This document shows positions 19,294 through 27,555 of a stretch of DNA of 64,000 bases, piece after piece; position 1 is the first letter of the stretch, and each line of letters opens with the position of its first letter. A program made the position numbers and the translations under genes. The notes beneath the pieces were generated by a model. It did no database searches, was not told the origin of the DNA, and was given only the letters and a program-made list of their open reading frames with translations. Source of the stretch: Deltaproteobacteria bacterium (GTDB taxonomy: Bacteria; Desulfobacterota; GWC2-55-46; JADFVP01); the NCBI GenBank assembly GCA_029262515.1, contig JAJCZH010000005.1, positions 31,793 to 95,792 of the forward strand. The letters are read 5' to 3'.

Positions 19294-21507
19294 ATGAAGA
19301 ACAAAATAGAAACGAACAGAGGGCGTAACAGAAACCCGCTATACTTCTTCATAATCGCAGTGGTTCTGATCTTTACGGCAGAGGCTCTCGATATGCTCTT
19401 CCTGCATAGCTTCTTGAAGCATGGCAGCCTGCTGCTAGAAATACTGATAGACTCTTCGATACTGAGCATCATTACCATACCGATGCTCTACCTGTTGCTG
19501 GTCCGCCCGATGTTACTCTATATAAAGGAGCGTGACATAGCGGAGCAGGCGTTACAGGAGGCCCATGAAGTACTCGAAGCGCGGGTAGAGGAGAGGACCA
19601 GAGAACTGAGTCTGGAGGTAACCGAGCGCAAGCAGGCGGAGAGGGCGCTTAAGAAGAGCGAGTTAAACCTGACGAAGGCGCAGGAAGTTGCTCATATCGG
19701 GTCCTGGCACCTCGACTTACTTAATAATGAACTTTTCTGGACCGATGAAAATTACAGAATATTCGGAATCCCCATGGGTACTCCGATGACGTATGAAAAG
19801 TTTCTCGAAGTGGTTCACCCTGAAGACAGGCAGTATGTCGATAAAAAATGGAGCGCTGCAATAGGTGGCGAGCCGTACGATATAGAGCACAGGCTCCTGA
19901 TTGACAATAAAGTGAAGTGGGTGAGGGAGCAGGCGGAACTCACTTTTGACAACGAGGGAAATCCAACCGGTGGAGTCGGGATTACCAATGACATAAACGA
20001 GCTTAAATTCGCCGAGAGGGCGCTCAATGCCGAGAGGACGCGGTTATACAGCATTCTCGATCTCTTTCCTGGATTCGTCTGCCTTCAGGCTCAGGATTAT
20101 ACTATCCGCTTTGCCAACCGCCGTTTCATAGAGGAGTACGGCGATCCTATGGGGAGAGCGTGCTACAAGCACATACGGGGCTGTGATGACCCGTGCGAGC
20201 AGTGTCCGACTTCCATTGTTTTCGACACAAAGAAATCACATGTATGGATCTCTGATTATTCATCTCGCGACCGCGTGTACCAGGTATATGGTGAGCCGTT
20301 TATCGACAGCGACGGCTCGATGCTGGTTCTCGAGTTCAGTATAGACATTACTGCCCAGAAGATAGCGGAACAGGAGCTGCTCAAGGCCCAGAAACTTGAG
20401 TCTTTAGGCGTGCTGGCCGGCGGCATAGCCCACGACTTTAATAACCTCTTGACCGGCATTATCGGTAATACATCCCTGCTGGTTCATAAAGTGGAAAAAG
20501 ACGGAGTTATATCCAAGAGGCTCGGCGAGGTGGAGAAGGCGGCGATGCATGCGCAAGAACTGACACAGCAGCTCCTTACTTTTGCCAAGGGCGGAGAGCC
20601 GGTTAAGGAAGCGAGCCAGCTAGAGGAGATAATAGAGGAGTCGTGCAAGTTTTGTCTTTACGGCTCTAATGTTAAGTTCGACATTACTGTTGCCGAAGAC
20701 CTGTTGCCAGTGGAGGTCGACAGGGGGCAGATAAACCAGGTTATGAACAACATAATCATAAATGCCAAGCAGGCCATGCCCGACGGTGGTGTAATAGAGG
20801 TCTCTATAAGTAATTGTACTGTCTCGGCAGATGATGATACGGCTTTGAAGACAGGCAAGTACGTCTCTGTGTTGATAAACGATCATGGTGTAGGCATTGA
20901 CAAGGAGAACCTGCAGAAGGTCTTCGATCCGTACTTTACGACAAAGAAATCCGGCAGCGGTTTGGGCCTTGCCAGCGCATACTCCGTTATTCAGAAACAC
21001 GAGGGGCATATAGAAGTAACCTCCGAGCCCGGTGTCGGGACTACATTTAAAATGTTTATGCCTGTTTCGGAAAAGGGCGCTGTCATTCGTAAGGAAGCGC
21101 ATCCCGAGCTGCAAAGGCGCGCCGGGGGCAGGGTGCTTGTCATGGACGACGAAGAGATTATAAGGGATGTTACTACCGAGATACTGACAACTATCGGGTA
21201 CGACGTAGTCTCTACTACCGATGGCAAGCAGGCGGTAGCGGTCTATAAAGAGGCTAAAGAGGGCGGCAAGCCTTTTGATGCCGTAATAATGGACCTTACT
21301 ATTCCCGGCGGCATGGGAGGCAAGGAGGTTATCAAAATCCTTCAGGAGTACGATCCTGAGGTTAAGGCGATAGTCTCAAGCGGGTACTCAAGCGATACTG
21401 TAATGGCGGAATACGGCAAGTTCGGTTTTAGCGGAGTAATTACAAAACCGTATAAGGCGTCGGAGCTTGCGGCAAAGGTGCAAGACGTGATCGCGGCTGA
21501 GTTATAA
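19294..21507 (+). CDS. hybrid sensor histidine kinase/response regulator (TM-PAS-PAS-HisKA-HATPase-REC)
   Basis: Motifs LAGGIAHDFNNLL, NAKQAM, DHGVGI, FTTKKSGSGLGL and receiver VLVMDDE...MDL..KP. Confidence 0.95.
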   Translation: MKNKIETNRGRNRNPLYFFIIAVVLIFTAEALDMLFLHSFLKHGSLLLEILIDSSILSIITIPMLYLLLVRPMLLYIKERDIAEQALQEAHEVLEARVEERTRELSLEVTERKQAERALKKSELNLTKAQEVAHIGSWHLDLLNNELFWTDENYRIFGIPMGTPMTYEKFLEVVHPEDRQYVDKKWSAAIGGEPYDIEHRLLIDNKVKWVREQAELTFDNEGNPTGGVGITNDINELKFAERALNAERTRLYSILDLFPGFVCLQAQDYTIRFANRRFIEEYGDPMGRACYKHIRGCDDPCEQCPTSIVFDTKKSHVWISDYSSRDRVYQVYGEPFIDSDGSMLVLEFSIDITAQKIAEQELLKAQKLESLGVLAGGIAHDFNNLLTGIIGNTSLLVHKVEKDGVISKRLGEVEKAAMHAQELTQQLLTFAKGGEPVKEASQLEEIIEESCKFCLYGSNVKFDITVAEDLLPVEVDRGQINQVMNNIIINAKQAMPDGGVIEVSISNCTVSADDDTALKTGKYVSVLINDHGVGIDKENLQKVFDPYFTTKKSGSGLGLASAYSVIQKHEGHIEVTSEPGVGTTFKMFMPVSEKGAVIRKEAHPELQRRAGGRVLVMDDEEIIRDVTTEILTTIGYDVVSTTDGKQAVAVYKEAKEGGKPFDAVIMDLTIPGGMGGKEVIKILQEYDPEVKAIVSSGYSSDTVMAEYGKFGFSGVITKPYKASELAAKVQDVIAAEL

Positions 21508-21538
21508 CCATTATTCCCGGCTTGCGTTAGGCGCGGAC

Positions 21539-21577
21539 AAAAAAAACCCCCTGTCTTTTAAAGACAGGGGGTTTTTA
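21539..21577. terminator. bidirectional terminator
   Basis: aaaaaccccctgtcttt / aaagacagggggttttt between convergent genes. Confidence 0.88.
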
Positions 21578-21584
21578 GTTCTGT

Positions 21585-21785
21585 TTACTTAGGTTGTACG
21601 TGTGAATCCTGAGCGCCCTTGGGGCCCTGAGTTACTTCGAACTCTACAGTCTGGCCTTCGGCAAGAGTCTTGAAGCCGTCACCCTGAATCTCCGAGAAAT
21701 GGACAAAAACATCATCGCCTGAATCGCGCTCAATAAAACCGAAACCCTTCGACTCGTTGAACCATTTTACTTTTCCTGTTTCCAT
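21585..21785 (-). CDS. csp: cold-shock protein (CspA family)
   Basis: [36 protein letters not shown]. Promoter TTGACC-N17-TAATAT at 21894-21922 gives a long 5' UTR. Confidence 0.97.
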   Translation of the reverse strand: METGKVKWFNESKGFGFIERDSGDDVFVHFSEIQGDGFKTLAEGQTVEFEVTQGPKGAQDSHVQPK

Positions 21786-22169
21786 AACACATAACCTCCT
21801 ATTGAGAGTTTTACTGGTCCGAGAGGTTTTGTGCAAATTGTGGCAAAATTGACCCAAATGTACAAATAGTACTCTCTTCTTATTAATACTGGAATATTAC
21901 GCTAACTTACAAGGCTGGTCAACATTTTTTTTCATATAATCGATAAGTTTTCGGTATACGTGATTAGCCCGGTTATACCGGGCTGTGGTAAGGGCAGCAC
22001 AGAGCTTGCGGTTTACAAGCCTTTTTTGTAGAGCTAGAGGGTGATTAGTTGAAATGCCTGGTTGTGGTTTAGCCTCAAGTGTTGTATGTTTTTACTGTCT
22101 ATTTGCGGTCAGGCAGGTTTAAGTACCCGGCAAAAAATATCCGTGCGCATACACATGGGGGGGGGAAGC

Positions 22170-22511
22170 ATGAAGTTACCTTCAGAAGCGGAGGTATTAC
22201 GTATTTTTATAGGCGAGAGCGACAGGTACGACGGCAAGCTGCTTTACGAGGCGATAGTAACCGAGGCCCGCAAACGCGACATGGCCGGGGCAACGGTCTT
22301 TAAGGGGGCGCTCGGTTTCGGGGTCCATTCAAGAATCCATACCGCAAATATATTCGCACTCTCTGAAGACCTGCCGGTGGTTGTAGAGATAGTGGACAAC
22401 CCGGAGTCCATAGAGGCCTTTCTGCCGGACCTTGACAAGATGGTAGGCGAGGGGCTTATTACTATTGAGAAGGTGCGCGTGATCGCCTACAGGCACTCCG
22501 ACGAGGGGTAA
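22170..22511 (+). CDS. DUF190 family (PII-like) protein
   Basis: LRIFIGESDRYDGKLLYEAIV..AGATVFKG..GFG..LSEDLPVVVEIVD. Confidence 0.92.
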   Translation: MKLPSEAEVLRIFIGESDRYDGKLLYEAIVTEARKRDMAGATVFKGALGFGVHSRIHTANIFALSEDLPVVVEIVDNPESIEAFLPDLDKMVGEGLITIEKVRVIAYRHSDEG

Positions 22512-22725
22512 GGGGTGGTGTGATATAATAGGCAGTAGACGGGGCTTGGCTATTTGCCAAGTCTTTTTTTGTGTCGGTAGGCAGTGGGTGCTTTAATTCA
22601 CGGTTGTTAACACTTTTTAAAAAGTTTTATATTGATGGTGTTAATAGAGCTTGGTAGACTTGCGGCCTTCGGCCTCAGGTAGAAGAGCGTAGCACAGCCA
22701 AAACTAGCGAATATATAAAGTGTAT

Positions 22726-22935
22726 ATGAAAAGCATCTTGAAAGTATCATTAGGTTGTACCCTTCTACTGTTTTTAGCCTTTATGTCGGGCTGCTCGAGT
22801 AGGGCATGGTATGAAGGAATCCTGAATTATGAAAGAAGCAAATGCTTCGACCCTGCGACCTCTCAGCAGGCAGAATGTCTTGGCCAAACAGACATGAATT
22901 ATGACGAATATGAGATGGAAAGGAGAAAGCCTTAA
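22726..22935 (+). CDS. small hypothetical lipoprotein
   Basis: Lipobox-like MSGC, then SSRAWYEG..C...C...MNYDEY. Confidence 0.65.
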   Translation: MKSILKVSLGCTLLLFLAFMSGCSSRAWYEGILNYERSKCFDPATSQQAECLGQTDMNYDEYEMERRKP

Positions 22936-23339
22936 CAGGTTTAAGAGTTTCTTCGGCGGGGGAGAGGAATAACCGAGCCGGTTGACAGGTTAATAAAGCG
23001 GGGCTTGGCAAACTGCCAAGCCCCGCTTTATCTTTGGTGGCAGGAAGGTGGTAGATTTTCTGCGGTAAGCTAACTACAAGTTCAAGAGTACTTCCAGTAA
23101 TCAACGGTTTTCGACCTGATATCCACATACGATATTTATACCTGAAATAAACAAAAAAACACTGGTTATAAACCTGTAACCAATCACCCGCGTCTATAAA
23201 AAGTTGAATTAATGTTGGATTGCTAATACTATTTATTCAGGATAAATGGAGATACTCCGATATAATTATATAAACCGATAGATAGATGCATCTATGGTGG
23301 TGTGCATAGGTAGACTGTAGGAAAGGTCCAAAGTGTGCT

Positions 23340-25007
23340 TTGAGTTGCATTAATATTAAAAAAAGTCTCAGGGTGAAACTTACCCTGTTCTTTCTGCTCG
23401 GTGGTCTTGCGCCTATCATCATCGGAAGTACCTTCTTGTATCACACCACAAAGAAAGCCCTCTTCGAGAATGTCTTCAATGAACTCCAGTGGACGACAGA
23501 CAAGTTAGGGGCCGCTGTCGAAGCTGGTATCAACGAGGCCCGTGCAGACCTCCTCTTAGCCTCTACCAACCCTGCCTTCAGGCTCTACTACAGTCAACCT
23601 GATAGAAGAGATTACTGGCTTAATGAACAACATAAGGTAATTCGGCACATAAGAAAGCTCTATATATACCTCGATGAAAGTTGCTTTATCGAAAAATCCG
23701 GCAAAGAGGTCTGCCGTATAGTCTATGATGAACTGGCAAACGAAGACGAACTCGACCTTGACGAATCCGGACGCACCTTCTTTGATAAGACCTTCGCGCT
23801 TGAAGAGGGGGAAGTCTTCACGGGAAGACCGGAGGTGTCCGGAGATACCGACAAATGGGTTCTGCCCTATGCTACTCCGATAACGGTTAACGGCAGCCAT
23901 GTTGCTCTCTTGCACTTTGAGCTTACACTTAACTATTTACAAGATACTTTGAAAGAGCTTGTAGACCCCGAGAGACTTACAGTCTTTATCATTAACGAAG
24001 ACGGAGAGTACCTGGCTCATACGGGTATGGAGGTCAGTATTACCGAGCCGCTGCCGAAGGCGATAACAGCTCAGACGTCATCCTCTTTCAAGGAAATTGT
24101 TGATAATATGGTCTCACGGGGCAGCAGCGGGCTGAATGACTTCAGCCAGGACGGAGAGCTGTATTATATTCATCACCGTCCCGTGGTTTTCGATGGAGAA
24201 AATAATGAAAACAGATGGACTATAGGCGTTGTAATTTCCGCGCAGAAGGTTTACGTAGAGGCAAGGTCTTTAAGGTATATGGGCCTCGTGATCGGTTTTG
24301 TCGTACTGGTCGTTATTTTGTTTGCCTACCTGATAGGCAAGTGGGTAACCTACCCGATTACGTCTCTGGTATCTGTCGTAAGGAGTATCGCCTCCGGGAG
24401 TTTTTCCGGAGATGTCGCAGTTACTACTAATGATGAAATCGGAGAATTGGCAAGTTCCTTCAACATGATGGTAGGAGCAGTAAAGGAGCGGAACGCAAAG
24501 TTAAAGGAACTTGCAACGACCGACGGACTAACCGGACTTTACAATCACAGCCACTTCAAAGAAGAGCTGAAGAGGGAACTGCAACGGGCTAACCGTTATG
24601 ATCACCACCTCTCCCTGATCATGACCGATATTGATTATTTTAAGAATTACAATGATACCCACGGACACCCTGGAGGAGATGAGGTATTGAAGGTGTTTTC
24701 AGAGTTATTCAGTAAAGATATAAGGGAGACGGATATAGCGGCACGTTACGGCGGAGAGGAGTTTATCATAATCCTTCCCGAAACTGATGCCGCGAGTGCC
24801 TCTGTAATTGCCGAGAGGATACGCAGGGATATAGAAGAGCATCCATTTCCACAACAGGAGACCCAGCCGGGAGGAAACCTTACCGCAAGCTTTGGCGTCT
24901 CCACCTTTCCCGAAGACGGTAGTACCCAGGCATCTCTTCTGGCTACTGTAGACAAGCGGCTATATAGGGCGAAAGCAGAGGGGAAGAACAGAGTCTGCAA
25001 GAGATAG
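23340..25007 (+). CDS. diguanylate cyclase (TM-Cache-TM-HAMP-GGDEF)
   Basis: Motifs TDGLTGLYN, DIDYFKNYND.HGH..GD, RETD I-site and RYGGEEF. Sigma-28-like TCAG-N15-TCCGATAT at 23237-23263. Confidence 0.93.
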   Translation: MSCINIKKSLRVKLTLFFLLGGLAPIIIGSTFLYHTTKKALFENVFNELQWTTDKLGAAVEAGINEARADLLLASTNPAFRLYYSQPDRRDYWLNEQHKVIRHIRKLYIYLDESCFIEKSGKEVCRIVYDELANEDELDLDESGRTFFDKTFALEEGEVFTGRPEVSGDTDKWVLPYATPITVNGSHVALLHFELTLNYLQDTLKELVDPERLTVFIINEDGEYLAHTGMEVSITEPLPKAITAQTSSSFKEIVDNMVSRGSSGLNDFSQDGELYYIHHRPVVFDGENNENRWTIGVVISAQKVYVEARSLRYMGLVIGFVVLVVILFAYLIGKWVTYPITSLVSVVRSIASGSFSGDVAVTTNDEIGELASSFNMMVGAVKERNAKLKELATTDGLTGLYNHSHFKEELKRELQRANRYDHHLSLIMTDIDYFKNYNDTHGHPGGDEVLKVFSELFSKDIRETDIAARYGGEEFIIILPETDAASASVIAERIRRDIEEHPFPQQETQPGGNLTASFGVSTFPEDGSTQASLLATVDKRLYRAKAEGKNRVCKR

Positions 25008-25062
25008 TACCGTCTGTTGGGTTTAAGATATCGGACTGATTAGTACCAACAGTAATAGCCGT

Positions 25063-25182
25063 GTAGGTTGGGTTTTGCGAAGCAAAACCCAACCTGTTTT
25101 TAGGTATGCAACCTGTTGACTACATGTTTTTACTCTTCAACCCAATAAATACTGTTGGATTTCGTACCTCTACCCAACCTAC
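25063..25182. repeat. inverted pair of GTAG-type REP-like elements
   Basis: gtaggttgggttttgcgaagcaaaacccaacc (25063-25094) and the inverted copy tgttggatttcgtacctctacccaacctac (25153-25182). Confidence 0.7.
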
Positions 25183-25269
25183 AAAAACTGTATTCTAAAA
25201 TTCAAGAGGGCGTGTTTGTAATTAAGGCGAATAGCGATATAGTAACGTTATTCTTATTAAAGGAGCAAA

Positions 25270-25722
25270 ATGAAGGGTACTATTTTCTCCATATTATCGG
25301 CATTATTAATTGCAATTCCGGCTGTGGCAGCAGACGGGGTGGTTAATGTCCAAAGTAACTTTAATGTAGAAGAAACCGCTGATCGAATGGAGAGTATATT
25401 GAATGAAAAAGGAATGACGGTATTCAAACGAATAAAGCATTCCGAGGGTGCTGGCAAGGTCGGTATCGAACTCCGAGAGACAGAACTGATAATATTTGGT
25501 AATCCAAAAGTTGGAAGCCCCCTTATGAAATGTCAGCAAACTGTCGCTATTGATTTACCTCAAAAAGCATTAATTTGGGAAGATGATAAGGCTAAGGTCT
25601 GGATATCATATAATGATCCTAGGTATTTAGAACAAAGGCATAATATCTCCGGTTGTGAAGAAGTTGTATTGAAGATAGAAAAGGCACTGTCTGCCATAAC
25701 AAAATCAGCAACAGCGAAGTAA
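25270..25722 (+). CDS. DUF302 family exported protein
   Basis: IKHSEGAGKVGIELRETELIIFGNPKVGSPLM..IDLPQKALIWED. AT-rich relative to its neighbours. Confidence 0.92.
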   Translation: MKGTIFSILSALLIAIPAVAADGVVNVQSNFNVEETADRMESILNEKGMTVFKRIKHSEGAGKVGIELRETELIIFGNPKVGSPLMKCQQTVAIDLPQKALIWEDDKAKVWISYNDPRYLEQRHNISGCEEVVLKIEKALSAITKSATAK

Positions 25723-25726
25723 GGTG

Positions 25727-25952
25727 GTTAGGTTGGGTAGCGCAGCATAACCCAACAGCCTTCTGTCATGCTGAACTTGATTCAGCATCTGGTTTTGAAA
25801 AGAATAGACCCTGAATCGAGTTCAGGGTGACATAGTAGTTAAGTAAGGCCAGACCCTGAATCGAGCTCAGGGTGACAAGCAAACCGTCTTTGCGAGCAGA
25901 GCGAAGCAATCTAATAAAAGATTGCTTTGTCACTTCGTTCCCCGCAATGACG
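25727..25952. repeat. cluster of three families of short palindromic (REP/MITE-like) repeats
   Basis: taggttgggtagcgcagcataacccaac; tgtcatgctgaacttgattcagcatct with two agaccctgaatcgag(t/c)tcagggtgaca copies; and the pair gtctttgcgagcagagcgaagcaatct / agattgctttgtcacttcgttccccgcaatgac. Confidence 0.75.
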
Positions 25953-25962
25953 CGTACCCCTC

Positions 25963-26865
25963 TCACCCCTTCTCCTTACTCCTCGTAATAAGATAGACGC
26001 CGAGTATCAGTATGACCATGCCGACTAGTTTGGCGGTGCCGAGTTCTTCCCCTAAAAATATACGGGCTATTATCGCGGTCGAGACCGGCCCGATGAAGCT
26101 GATCATTGCGGTGCGTGACGCGCCTATTCTTTTTATCGCCAGAACTATCGTTAGTATCGGCACGAAGGTTGCGAACGTACCGATCAGTATCAGCAGCGCC
26201 CACGCCTCTGCGCTACTCGGCAGGCTTTGACTTAAGCTGCCCTCTGCGCTCTTTATAAAGAACGTCGTTATAAAGGCGGCTGCGGCTGCCGTGGTGGTGA
26301 GGGCCGATATCTTTACGGAGCTGACCCGCTTGCCGAGCGACTCGGTAATGACAAGCGAGAGAGCGAAGAGCAGGGCCGCGATAAGGACAAGAACCGTGCC
26401 TAGCCCTGTTGACCCGCCGAGGCCCCCGCTAAAGGCCTCTAGCGCGATTGCAAGGCCCGTGTAGGTGATGACAAGGGGCACGATTATGGAGCGCGAGAGG
26501 CGGTGTTTAAAGAAGAGGCTAGAGAGCAGCAGCACGATTACCGGGTAGGTGTATACGATGAGCCGCTCCAGTGAGGCCTCTAGGTACATGAGGCCGTAGA
26601 AGTCTGCATAACCGGCTAGGTAGATACCCAAGAGGCCGCTGAGCGCGAGGATTAAGATATCATGTGCTCGGACCCTCTCTGACGGGAAGATAAAGAGCAT
26701 GGCTATAAAGAAGGGCGTGGCTATCGCGTACCTGAGGGCGAGCAGGCCCACGGGCTCCATGCCGTGGGCGTAGAGCAGCTTTGCTATCACCCCCTTGGTA
26801 GAGAAGGAGAGGGCGGAGATAATCGAGAGGGTATAACCCCAGATGTAGGCGCTTCTTCTGTTCAT
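25963..26865 (-). CDS. DMT/EamA family transporter
   Basis: About 10 transmembrane helices in two EamA repeats. Motifs STKGVIAK, LALRY, LERLIVYTYP and AIKRIGASR..GPV..FLGE. Confidence 0.92.
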   Translation of the reverse strand: MNRRSAYIWGYTLSIISALSFSTKGVIAKLLYAHGMEPVGLLALRYAIATPFFIAMLFIFPSERVRAHDILILALSGLLGIYLAGYADFYGLMYLEASLERLIVYTYPVIVLLLSSLFFKHRLSRSIIVPLVITYTGLAIALEAFSGGLGGSTGLGTVLVLIAALLFALSLVITESLGKRVSSVKISALTTTAAAAAFITTFFIKSAEGSLSQSLPSSAEAWALLILIGTFATFVPILTIVLAIKRIGASRTAMISFIGPVSTAIIARIFLGEELGTAKLVGMVILILGVYLITRSKEKG

Positions 26866-27423
26866 TACAGTATCTTTTATTAGTACTTCGAGTTTGTTTC
26901 GGAGTTGCAAGAGGTTGCTGTGCGCAGGTACGTACAGTCCGTTCATTGTGCGTGTAAGTGTACCATGTCAGACCTCTCAATTTTTATATATCTTTATAAA
27001 ACCGGAAGCCGAATAGAAACAAAGAGTAAATAATGAACTCTAATCTTCCTTTAATAGTTTATCTGTATAATAGAAACTGTAAAAAGTATAAAAGACCTCC
27101 CCTGCTTTGGGATTGTATAGAGCAGTTGTAACACTCCCCACAAGAGGTGGCGTCCAGCCACTGTATCAAAGTAGTAAAATCAACAAATCTACAATATGTA
27201 CTCTAAGCAGTATCCTGCCGTAAGCGGAGGGGCCAAAAGCCCCTCCGTCCTCCTATTTCCCTCTTCTGTTTTTGACTTCGTTTTTTGTTCTAAATACTTC
27301 CTCGAAATGTCTCTCGTACTCTTTAATCGGCGCGGTTAATCGTTCTGATTCGTCGTAATTCGTCAATTTCCGGGGCTGTTTTGGGGGCTGAAAAGGCTCC
27401 GAAGGCGGTGCGGCTCTCTCTTC

Positions 27424-27452
27424 TTGACATATATTAGTGTTTGTAATATTCT
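27424..27452 (+). promoter_or_regulatory. sigma-70 promoter of the two-component operon
   Basis: TTGACA-N17-TATTCT. Confidence 0.6.
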
Positions 27453-27555
27453 AATTTATATGGCTTTTTTGCCATTTAGCACGTATGACCGTTGCTATGA
27501 AAGATTCAAGCGGCACGGCCATTCCCTTGAAACAGTATATAAAACAAGGACTTAG

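Noticed and set aside
21930-22170. Fluoride riboswitch or crcB beside DUF190
   Set aside because: No crcB gene and no recognisable fluoride aptamer are present.
25727-25966. CRISPR array, or the 66-aa ORF at 25766-25966
   Set aside because: The repeats are few, belong to different families and are partly inverted, and no cas genes are present. The ORF is simply a translation of the palindromes.
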